Source: Oikopleura dioica
Lineage: Eukaryota; Animalia; Chordata
Length of the DNA stretch: 64,000 nucleotides
Direction: 5' to 3'
Assembly (NCBI GenBank): GCA_907165135.1
Contig: CAJRAX010000009.1
Coordinates: forward strand, 15,681-79,680
A model generated the notes under the pieces. The model was not told where the DNA came from, did no database searches, and saw nothing but the letters and a program-made list of their open reading frames with translations. Position 1 is the stretch's first letter; every line of letters starts with the position of its first letter. The position numbers and the translations under genes are program-made. This document shows, piece after piece, positions 24,099-35,900 of the stretch.

Positions 24099-25495
24099 CT
24101 ATTAATAAAATCGGCGAACAATTTTATATAACTGTAAATATTTTTAATTCACCTGTTCGATTTTTATTAGATACTGGTTCACAATTAAATTGCATTTGTA
24201 AGAAAAATATACCAAAAAACATAAAAATACAAAAAACAAAAACTGAAGCGGTAAATTATTCCGGCGGACAAATTGATATTTTGGGGAAGGTCGAAGCAGA
24301 TATCATTATTGAAAATGTTAATTGGGGAAAATCAGAATTTTACGTTGTTCCTGATAATTTGAGCCCTATTTTGGGAGTACCGGCTATTCAAGATAATGAG
24401 ATAATGATAAACCTTCACCGTCGTAAAATAATTCAGTCCGGACCAATTGAACGGTTTGCAAAACTTAATCAAATTAAAACAAACGAAAATTTTGAAAACA
24501 ACGAGGACATAAGTAAAGATCGTGAATATGATGCTTTTTCTACCGATAATCTTTCTTTTAGGCCTAAATCAGAATGCATAATTGATTTGAAAATCAAAGA
24601 CCTTGAACAAACGAAAAGTCTTTCATTTGATCAATCTAATCTAGGAAATTCTAAATTGCAGCTTATTCCAAGCTTTCAAGCTATCGATAAAACATGCCCG
24701 AAATTTCGTCTCCTTATTATAAATCCAACAGATACAGTCATTAGAATTCCCGCGGGTACAGTTTTTGTTAAATTACATGAAATCGTTGAAATAGCGAGAA
24801 TAAAAAACATTAAGCATAAAAACCTCAAAAATATTTCCGTCGGAAATATTAGCTCTTCAAAAATAAAAGTTGATTTTGACGCTCTTTTAGATGATTTCGC
24901 ACATCTCATGTTGGACGAGGATGACTCGCTCCCAGAATGTACGATTGAAAAATTTTCAATAGATACAGATACAGACTTTCCCATTTCTTCGGCCCCGTTT
25001 CGAACTCCTTTTAGCTTGCGGAATGTTTTAAGAGATCTTTTGGATAAATTTATGAGTAATAAATTTATAGAGCGATGTTCGAGCCCCTGGAATAGTCCAA
25101 GTATTCTTGTTAGAAAAAAAGATGGACGATTTCGTCTCGTCATTGATTTCAGAAAATTAAATGATGTTACTATTCAGATGCACTATCCCCTGCCAAATTT
25201 AGAGGATTCGTTGTCGTATTTAGATAAAAGTACTATTTTTTCCTCGATAGACCTTATTAAGGGGTTCCATCAGATCGCTTTAACAGAAGAGTCAAAAGAC
25301 AAAACGGCATTTTCAAACGAGTTTGGTCAATTCAGATTTTTACGCATGCCAATGGGCTGTAGAAATGCGCCAAGTTTTTTCATGAGAGTAATCGATCAGG
25401 CACTCAAAGGTGTAGATAAAACCGAAATTTTACCGTACATGGACGATATTCTTATTCATAGTAAAACAGAACAAGAGCATTCTATTGACAATTAA
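24050..25495 (+). CDS. pol: pol N-terminal part: aspartic protease and reverse transcriptase
   Basis: FLLDTGS, ILG, SPWNSP, IDFRKLN, YMDD in the 513-aa ORF. Confidence 0.93.
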   Translation, partial: KLDFGTNSGQISVPKISINKIGEQFYITVNIFNSPVRFLLDTGSQLNCICKKNIPKNIKIQKTKTEAVNYSGGQIDILGKVEADIIIENVNWGKSEFYVVPDNLSPILGVPAIQDNEIMINLHRRKIIQSGPIERFAKLNQIKTNENFENNEDISKDREYDAFSTDNLSFRPKSECIIDLKIKDLEQTKSLSFDQSNLGNSKLQLIPSFQAIDKTCPKFRLLIINPTDTVIRIPAGTVFVKLHEIVEIARIKNIKHKNLKNISVGNISSSKIKVDFDALLDDFAHLMLDEDDSLPECTIEKFSIDTDTDFPISSAPFRTPFSLRNVLRDLLDKFMSNKFIERCSSPWNSPSILVRKKDGRFRLVIDFRKLNDVTIQMHYPLPNLEDSLSYLDKSTIFSSIDLIKGFHQIALTEESKDKTAFSNEFGQFRFLRMPMGCRNAPSFFMRVIDQALKGVDKTEILPYMDDILIHSKTEQEHSIDN

Positions 25496-28199
25496 AAGTT
25501 TTTTTATATTGTTGATGCGAATAATCTTAAAAAAAACTCTCTGAAGCTTCATTTTTACAAGGCGGTGACATTTTGATGGCTATTTCATTTTCATCGGAAA
25601 TATTTCTCCTGATGCGATAAAATTCAGGCTATTAGAATCTTGAGTTCATCGTTCTAAGGAAAAATATTCTGATGTCTTTTGGGCGTTTTTAAATGATGTT
25701 GAGTAGATTTTATTAAAAATATTCTGATGCGTTTTACCAATTACAAAATGATGTTGAACGGATTTTCATCGACAAATGATTCTGATGCGCATTTTGGGCT
25801 TTTAATATGATGTGCGAGTTCGCAATGAATCGAAAAATATTCTGATGCGTTTTTGGCTTTTCGTTTTAGAGACATGTTGAGTCAAATTTTCATACGAAAA
25901 AATATTCTGATATTTGTGGCGAAAAGATTGTAGAGTTCATTTTCATCACCAATCTAGTGATGTGTTTGGCGTTTGTAGATTATAACAGAGGTCATTTTAA
26001 TCGAAAAATAATCTGACATTTTTACACGTTTATAGATGATGTTGAGTTATTTTCATCGGAAACATATGCTGATGCGAAATGGTCGTTTTATCTTGATGTA
26101 CAGTTCATTTTCATTGGAAAAATAATTCAAACATGCGTATTTTTGAACACTTCGAACCTATAACCAAAAAATCATTTTCATGGATAAAAATATTCTGATT
26201 AATTTTAGAACGTTTTTAAATGATGTCGAGTTCATTTGCAGAAAAGTGATTGTTTGATGACAAACTTCGTTTTTAGAAAATCAGTTCTTTTTAATCGAAA
26301 AATATTCAGAAACAATTTGGCGTTTTCAGATGATCTTGAGTCCATTTTCACCGAGATATAGATGCGTTTTTTGACGTAGATAGATGGCCTAACAATTCAT
26401 CAGGTGATATTCTGATTTTATTGGCGTTTTGAGATGATGTTGAGTTATTTTCATCGAAAAAATCAAATGATTTATTTTTGGCGTTTGAATAGAAGGATTT
26501 TAGAAATTTTCATTAGAAAATGAGCTGATTTAAAATTACCGTGAATAGATGCCATTGTGGAATTGATCAAGTCATTTCGAAAATATTCTGATGTATTTTT
26601 GGCCTAGTTTGCGATGCAATAAGAGAATTCATAAGAATCGTTCCTATTGTCAAAAAGATAAACCTAATTTTCATCCCAATAAAGCGCCGGTTTTGAGATT
26701 TAAAACACCAGATGGACCCTTCGAAATTTTTGGATTTGATCTGATCACGACCTCCAACTGATCATGGAAATAAATATGTAATGGTTATGATTGATTTTTT
26801 CTCAAAATTTGGATGCGTTTGTGAACCTCTAAAATCTCGTAATTTCATTTTTCTACTTGAAAAATTTAAAACATTTTTAAAAATCCAATTTATCCGAAAA
26901 TTGTTTGCTTCGACAATGCTAGATTCATTCTGAAATTGAGCATTTATGAAAGAAAACCATATAGACCAACATTTTACTCCGCCAAGACATCCTTCTTTCT
27001 CCTTCAGGTGGAAAATTATAATCGAACCCTAAAAAGTAGATTACGTGCACGTTGTAAGGTTAGTGACATTGGGATCAGTATCTTCAGGAAATTGTTCATG
27101 ACGTTTAATTCAAGCGAACATTCAGTCACTAAAAACCCCTTATTCCCTTCAGATGGGTGTTAAAAATGCTCACCTTATTTTCGATCCAAATTTTAGGGCT
27201 GCTTTCGAAAAAGTGATCAGAGTATGATTTTCAACAAATTAAAAAATTGATCGAAGATGAAAAACAAAATAGGCTTGAGTTTGGTAAAAACCCAAAATTT
27301 TTGCCTTATCAAATCGGTGACATGGTTCTTATCAAAAATTTTGACGCAAAGAAACCATTATTTCTGGGTCCTTTTAAGATTGCGTTAAATCTAAAGAGGG
27401 AACTTGGTATACAGTCGTTTCTGATGATAAAGAAGATAGGCGAAACGCTGATCATTTGAAAAGATTTAATGCGCGAAAGGAGCATTCAGAAGATCTAGAG
27501 CTTTCGGTCAAACTCCCATTGCGTACAAGGCGAAATTCGAAATTTCAAAAAGATAATGTTTTTGAGCGAGAAAGTTTTTCAAGTGGTGTTTTTTCTTGTC
27601 CTCCTATTTCTAGGCTTCAAATTTAGTAGAGGAAAAAATGGGCAATATAGTAAACTCTTTAGTTCATATGCAAATTAGAGAAAATTTGAGTAGAGACTTG
27701 ATTGCTTTACAGATGATGTTGATGGAATGCTATTCAAATTCATGAGGAAAGTTATTTTGTATCAATTATCGAGAAGTTGAGCAGAGTTTTATAGAGTTCA
27801 TGATTCATACGCAAAAATATTCGATGCCTAAACCTGGCGATTTGGCGGATCCATGTTGAGTTCATTTTATCGGAAAAATATTGGGAAATGAAGAGAATTT
27901 TGGCGAAAGTTAGATAGATGTTGGTTTATTTTTAATCGAAACGGAAATATTCTGATGCGTTCTTGAATGTCAAGAGCCCCTTAGATGATGTTGAGTTCAT
28001 AAATTAAAAATTTCGGCAAATTGCCACGCGAGATGATCATCGAAAGACTCCATTCCTTGCAAAAATCTCTACCGTTATTTAGACCCAGAAGAATGCTGAG
28101 ACGAAGAGTCAAAAAATATTCTGTGCGTTTTTGTGAAATTTTCGATACTTTGAGTGCATTTTCATTTGAAAACGAGCATGCGTTTTTTCCAGAGGATGA

Positions 28200-30672
28200 T
28201 GTTGAGTTCATGAGGAATCGAAAAAATATTCTGATGCGTTTTTTGGCGTTTTAAGATGAAGTTGAGTTCATTTTCATCGAAAAAATATTCTCTAAGTTTT
28301 TTGGCGTTTTAAGATGATGTTGAGTTCATTTGACATCGGAAAAAATATTCTGAAGAATTAAAATAAGTTTTTAGATTTGGAAAAATCACCATAATCATCG
28401 AAAAATATTCTGATGCGTTTTTTGGCGTTTTTAGATGATGTTGAAAAAGGAAAAATTTTCATCGAAAAAAATATTCTGATGCGTTTTTGGCGTTTTGAGA
28501 TGACCTGTTCAAATTTTCATTTAAAAAATATTCTGATGCGTTTTTGGCGTTTTAAGATGATGCTGAGAAAATTTTCATCGAAAAATATTCAAAATGCGAA
28601 CAATGAACTTAATATGATGTTGAGTTCATTTTCATCTAAAAATATTTGATGCGTTTTTGGCGTTTAAAATGATGTTCCGTTCATTTTCACCCATGAAATA
28701 TTCTGATGCAAATTTTAGAGGAAAGAACAGATGATGTTGATGAAATTTTCATCGAAAAAATATTCTGATGCGTTTTTGGCGTTTTTAGGATGATGTTGGT
28801 TCATTTTCATCGAAAAAATATTCTGATGATTTTGGCGCCAAATGATGTTGAGTTCATTTTCATCGAAAAATATTCTGATTTTTGGCGTTTTTAGATGATG
28901 TTGAGTTCATTTTCATCGAAAAAATATTCTGATGCGTTTTTGGCGTTTTTAGATGATGTTGAGTTCATTTTAATTGAAAAAATATTCTGATGCTATTTTT
29001 GGCGTTTTTGATGATGTTGAGTTCATTTTCATTGCAATTCTTATTCTGATAAAAATTTTGGCGTTTTTAGATGATGTTGAGTTCATTTTCATCGAAAAAA
29101 TATTCTGATGCGTTTTTGGCCGCTTTAAGATGATGTTGAGTTCATTTTCATCGGAAAAATATTCTGATGCGTTTTTGGCAATTTTAGATGATGTTGAGTT
29201 CATTTTCATCGAAAAAATATTCTGATGCGACAGAATTTTTGGCGTTTTTAGATGATGTTGTAAAGTTCATTAAATTCATCAAAAAAATATTCTGATGCGT
29301 TTTTGGCTTTTTTAAGATGATGTTGAGTTCATTTTAATCGAAAAAATATTCTGATGCGTTTTTGGCGTTTTTCGATGATGTTGAGTTCATTTTCATCGAA
29401 AAAATATTCTGATGAATTTTTTGGCGTTTTTAGATGATGTTGAGTTCATTTTCATCGAAAAATATTCTGATGCGTTTTTTGAAAATTTGAAGATGATGTT
29501 GAGTTCATTTTCATCGAAAAATAATTCTGCCAATTTTTGGCGTTTTAAGATGATGTTGAGTTCATTTTCATCTTAAAATAAATTGATGCGTTTTTGGCGT
29601 TATCAGATGATGTTGAGTTCATTTTCATCGAAAAAATATTCTGATGCATTTTTTGGCGTTTTAAGATGATGTTGAGTTCATTTTCATCGAAAAAATATTC
29701 TGATGCGTTTTTTTGGCATTTTTAAAATGATGTTGAGTTCATTTTAATCGAAAAAATATTCTGATGCGTTTTTTGGCGTTTTTAGATGATGTTGAGTTCA
29801 TTTTCATCGAAAAAATATTCTGATGCGTTTTTCGGCGTTTTCTGATGATGTTGAGTTCATTTTCATCGCAAAAATATTCTGATGCGTTTTTTGGCGTTTT
29901 TAGATGATGTTGTGTTCATTTTCATCGCAAAAATATTCTGATGCGTTTTTGGCGTTTTTAGATGATGTTGTGTTCATTTTAATCGAAAAATATTCTGATG
30001 CGTTTTTTGGCGTTTTTAGATGATGTTGAGTTCATTTTCATCGAAAAAATATTCTGATGCGTTTTTTGGCGTTTTAAGATGATGTTGAGTTCATTTTCAT
30101 CGAAAAAATATTCTGATGCGTTTTTTGGCGTGCCAAGATGATGTTGAGTTCATTTTCATCGAAAAAATATTCTGATGCTTTTTTGGCGTTTTTAGATGAT
30201 GTTGAGTTCATTTTCATTCGAAAAATATTCTGATGCGTTTTTGGCGTTTTTAGATGATGTTGAGTTCATTTTCATCGATTGAAAAATATTCTGATGCGTT
30301 TTTTGGCGTTTTTAGATGATGTTGAGTTCATTATCATTCGAAAAAATATTCTGATGCGTTTTTGGCGTTTTTAGATGATGTTGAGTTCATTTTCATCTAA
30401 AAATATTCTGATGCGTTTTTGGCGTTTTTAGATGATGTTGAGTTCATTTTCATCGAAAAAATATTCTGATGCGTTTTTTGGCGTTTTTAGATGATGTTGT
30501 GTTCATTTTCATCGAAAAAATATTCTGATGCATTTTTTGGCGTTTTTAGATGATGTTGAGTTCATTTTCATCGAAAAAATATTCTGATGCGTTTTTCGAA
30601 GTTTTTAGATGATGTTGAGTTCATTTTCATCGAAAAAATATTCTGATGCGTTTTTCGGCCTTTTAAGATGAT
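28200..30672 (+). repeat. Sat-B array
   Basis: Tandem 59-60 bp units, cleaner toward the 3' end. Confidence 0.93.
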
Positions 30673-31510
30673 TGATACGAATACGGGAAAGAACCAAGAG
30701 AAAAAAAAATAAAAATTGAATTTACTTCTCACAAATAATTTTGCGCCAATTAGGTTGATTAAGCATGAAATTCACGGTTAAATTGTTCTGATGATTTTGG
30801 AGCCAAATCTCGGATATTGCATGAGTTCATAAAATCTCTATTTTTCCTTCAATTGGTATTCTTCTTCAACTACAACGAAGCTGTTGCATGATAAATTCAT
30901 CCTCTAGCTGAGTTCCGCTTTAAGCGGCTTGACAGTGTGACCCCGTGCTCCTCGGGATGGCGCTGTCTGTAAGTGCTCCTGGTAGGCAAAATTGATTGAA
31001 CACCTTTTTGGCTCGCTTTAGGATTAACTGACCATTCTCCTTAAAACCGACAAAACTGCAGCTTCAACAATGGCGGCGACTTCTTCTTCAACGACAACGA
31101 CAACGCAATGGACTGACAACGAACATGGAACTGGCTTTGGTAAAAATATGAACGAATAGAATTTTTATTGATAAGGGATATGGCAACATAGTTGGAAATT
31201 GAACTTATTGATTAAATTCGATTCTTGCGATAAAATTCGAAGCGAACGTGGCTGTTGGAGCGAAATTGAAATCAACGAAGGAAACAAATGCGCGAAAGCG
31301 CTGCGCCTTATTTGGAAAGAAAAACATCGGCGCGAAATGCGCTGCGCCTTATTTGGAAGTAATAGCACCTGCGCGAAATGCGAAATTGAAATTTTGAAAA
31401 TTTAAAAATCACTCTCTTCAAACCCAAAATAATACAGCCACGTTTCGAATTTTAGCCTCATTCTTCGCAGGATTCTAGCTTAGAGATTAATTTGCAGCTA
31501 ATTGGCATCA
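30673..31510 (+). mobile_element. 5' LTR, subfamily A (internal deletion), followed by only traces of gag/pol
   Basis: TGATA...CATCA; left flank ATGAT; structured core at 30905-31020. Confidence 0.88.
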
Positions 31511-31549
31511 TGACATCAATCATCAACTTCAAGGCCGTAAAATGCCCGA

Positions 31550-34500
31550 AGAATATTTTTTGATGAAAATGAACTCAATTCTCATCAATATTTTCGGCCA
31601 AAAACGATGTCAGACGAATTTTTCGATGAAAATGAATTCAAGCGATAAAAAAACGCAATGAAAAAAACGCATCATAATATTTTTAGATGAAAATAATCGA
31701 CATCATCTAAAAATTTGGAAAAAGCATTTGACATATTTTTTCGTTTGCGTTCGCAATAATTAAAAACGCCCAAAAACGCATCATAATTACGGGCGATTAA
31801 AATGAACTCAACAGCATCTGATTTCGCCAAATGCATCAGAATTGAGTTCCTTGATGAAAATTTGGAACAGTCTTGAAACGGAAAAACGAGAGCAGGGCTT
31901 TTTTCGATGAAAATGAACTCAACATCATCTAAAAACGAAATGAATGAGCATCATTCTCTTTTTTTTGACAAGAACTCAACATCATCTAAAAACTTATCTC
32001 AGCATCCTGATGCAGTGATGAAAATGTCTCAACATCATCTAAAAACGCCGAAAAACCATCAAATATTTTTTCGATGAAAATGAACTCAACATCATCTAAA
32101 AACGCCAAAAGACGCATCAGAACGTTTTTTCAATCGAAAATGAACTCAAAATGTTCATCTTCTAACGCCAAAAAACGCATCTCGAATATTTTGTCGATCG
32201 AAATGAACTCAACTTTTGGATCTGAAAAACTGCCAAAAACGCATCAGAACTATTTTTAAGATGAAAATGAACTCAACATCATCTAAAAACGCGAAAAACG
32301 CATCAGAATATGGCTCGATGAAAATGAACTCAGCAGATCAAAAAACGCCAAAAAACGCATCAGCATATTTTTTTCGAAAAATTTCTCAACATCATCCAGC
32401 AAACGCCAAAAGCGGCTCAGAATATTTTTTGCCGAAATTGAACTCAACATCATCTAAAAACGCCAAAAACGCATCAGAATATTTTTGCGATGAAAATGAA
32501 CTCAACATCAATAAAAACGCCAAAACGCATCAGAATATTTTTGCGATGAAAATAGAACGGGAAAATAACACCACTGATCAGCATGGACTAGATTTTAGAC
32601 GAATTCTGGTCAAATTTATCGTGTTAAAAACTTTAAAAACGCATCAGAATAATTTTCGATGAAAATGAACTCAACATCATCTAAAATTCAAAAACGCATC
32701 AGAATTTTTTCGAGAAAATGAACTCAACATCATTAAAAACGCCACTTAAAAACGCATCAGAATATTTTACCGATGAAAATGAACTCAACATCATCAAAAA
32801 CGCCAAAAACGCATCAGAATATTTTTCGATGAAAATGAACTCAACATCATCTATTCTCGCCAAAAACGCATCAGAATATTTTTCGATGAAAATGAACTCA
32901 ACATCATCTAAAAACGCCAAAAAACGCATCAGAATATTTTTTCGATGAAAATGAACTCAACATTATGAAAAACGCCAAAAACGCATCAGAATATTTTTTC
33001 GATGAAAATGAACTCAACATGATCGTAAAACGCCAAAAACGCAAATCAATATTTTTTCGATGAAAATGAACTCAACATCATTGAAAAACGCCAAAAAACG
33101 CATCAGAATATTTTTCGATTAAAATGAACTCAACATCATCTAAAAACGCCAAAAACGCATCAGAATATTTTTTCGATGAAAATGAACTCAACATCATCTG
33201 AAAATTCAAAAACGCATCAGAATATTTTTTCGATGAAAATGAACTCAACATCATCTTAAAAACGCCAAAAACGCATCAGAATATTTTTCGATAAAAATGA
33301 ACTCAACATCATTTAAAAACGCCAAAAACGCATCAGAATACCCGCGGGTCGATGAAAATGAACTCAACATCATCTAAAAACGCCAAAAACGCATCAGAAT
33401 ATTTTTCGATGAAAATGAACTCAACATCATTAAAATGAACAAAAACGCATCAGAATATTTGGCGATGAAAATGCAACATCAAAATTCATTAAAAACGCCA
33501 AAAACGCATCAGAATATTTTTTCGATGAAAATGAACTCATGCCATCATCTAAAAACGGTAAAATTTTATCAGAATCGTTTTTCGATGATTCATGAACTCA
33601 ACATCATCTAAAAATATCAAAAAACGCTCAGAATCTTTTCATCGAATGAAAATGAACTCGAAAATCATCTAAAAACGAAAAACGATCAGAACATTTTTCG
33701 ATGAAAATGAACTCAACGTCATTTTAAAAACGCCAAAAAGCATCAGAATATTTTTTCGATGAAAATGAACTCAACATCATTTAAAAACGATAAAAAACGC
33801 ATCAGAATATTTTCCCGATGAAAATGAACTCAACATCATCTAGAAACGCCGAAAAACGCATCAGAATCGACCTTTTTCGAATAGAAAATGAACTCAACAT
33901 CATCTTACAACGCCAAAAACGCATCAGAATGATTTTTCGATGAAAATGAACTCATTGTTTTCATCTAAAATGCGCCAAAAACGCATCGAATCTTTTTCGA
34001 TGAAAATGAACTCACCATCATCTAAATACGCCAAAAACGCATCAAGAATCTTTTTCGACCGTAACATGAACTCAACATCATCGAAAAACGAGAAAAACGC
34101 GATCAGAAGGCATTTTTCGAATGAAAATGAACTTTTCATCATCTTAAAACGGCAAAAACGCATCAGAATATTTTTCGATGAAAATGTTTCAAATCATCAA
34201 AAATTGCATTTTCGCATCGGTATATTTAATTCGAAAAATGAATTTCAACATCATCTTGAAAAACGCCAAAAATGCATCAGAATATTTTTTCGATTGAAAA
34301 TGAACTCAACATCATCTAAAACTCCAAAAACGCATAGGCGTTTTTTCAAAAATGAACCTTTTCATCATCTAAAAACGCCAAAAAGCTTTCAGAATATTTT
34401 TATTATGAAAATGAACAACATCATCAAAACGCCAAAAACATCAGAATATTTTTTGATGAAAATGAACTCAACATCATAAAACCGCCAAAATCAACGCGCG

Positions 34501-35900
34501 TTTTTTCGATGAAAATGATTTCGAATCAATTCGCAAATTAAAACGCATCAGAAAATTTTTCGCAAAAAATGATGTCTCTTCCATCATCTACCGAGTGCAC
34601 AAGTTCGCGTCAGATATACGTTATTTCGATTTTTGAACTCAACATCATCAAAAAACATCACTTTTGCAAAAGAATTATTTTTCGATCAGTGCCCATACTC
34701 AACAAAATTTAAAACGCCAAAAATTTCATCCAATATTTTTCGATGAAAATGAACTCAACACGAGAATATTCCTCACGCCAAAAACGCATCAGAACCCTTT
34801 TTCAAATGAAAATGAACTCGACATCACAGAAAAACGCCATTAAGGCAATCAGAAATTTTTCGAAGAAAATGGTTCAACTGGATCTAAACCGCCAAAAAAC
34901 GCATCAGAATAAGTCGATGAAAATGAATTCAACATCATTTTTTTCGCCAAAAACGCATCAAAGAATATTTTTTCGATGAAAATAACTCAACATCAATAAA
35001 AACGCCAAAATCGCATGGCGAAATTTTTTGTTTTCTTAAAATGGTTTCAACATCATATAAAAAGCCAAAATCGCATTAGAATATTTATTCGATGAAAATG
35101 ACCTGTGTTCATGTGAAAAACGCAAAAATGCATTAAATATTATCCTCGATTACAAATGAATCAAATAGATCAAAACTTTTCAAAAAGCCCTAGAAATATA
35201 TTTCTGAATGAAAATGAATCAAAGAATTCAAAAAACGTCCAAAAAAAAAGATGCTAATATTTCATCGATGTTTTGGGCTCATTCATCATTTAAAAACGCC
35301 AAATTTTGCGACCATTTCAAATTTTTTTTTCGACTAAAGCAACTCAACTCGCTAGGAATACGCCAAAAAAGCATCAGAATATTTTTCGATGAAAATGAAC
35401 TCAACATAGCCTTTTGACGTCAAAAAACTCAATAATATTTTTTCGATGAAAATGAACTCAACATCAATTTTTAAAAACTCCAAAAACGCATCAGAATTTT
35501 TGTTCTTGAAAATGAACTCAACCACATTCGAGATCAAAAACGCATCAGAATATCGCTTCGATGAAAATGAACTCCATCAGAAAAACGCTTCAAAATGCAT
35601 TCGTTCATTTTATCGATACTAAAGATTTTTGTCAACATCATTTGTAAGAAGACTCGCATCACGCTCAATTTTCATGATGAAAATAACTGAACATCATCTA
35701 AAAATTAATTAGCAGCTCATGTTTTTCGATGAAAATGAAGCCAAGATCATGGATAAAAATTGCCAACAACGTATCAGAATATTTCCCCAGCAAAATGAAC
35801 TCAAAATCTTGATCGATGAAAAACGCCAAAAATATTCAGAACCTTTTCTCGATGAAAATGAATTCAACGGAGACTCAAAAATTTCAAAAACGCATCAGAA
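31550..35900 (-). repeat. Sat-B array in inverted orientation, mixed with retroelement fragments
   Basis: GATGAAAATGAACTCAACATCATC units. Confidence 0.85.

Larger units (their letters stand above)
21938..29600 (+). mobile_element. Ty3/gypsy element, subfamily A (5' LTR 21938-22987); 3' half interleaved with Sat-B, end approximate
   Basis: Left flank ATGAT; clean gag-PR-RT; 26950-28620 matches 1-1662 in patches. Confidence 0.85.
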
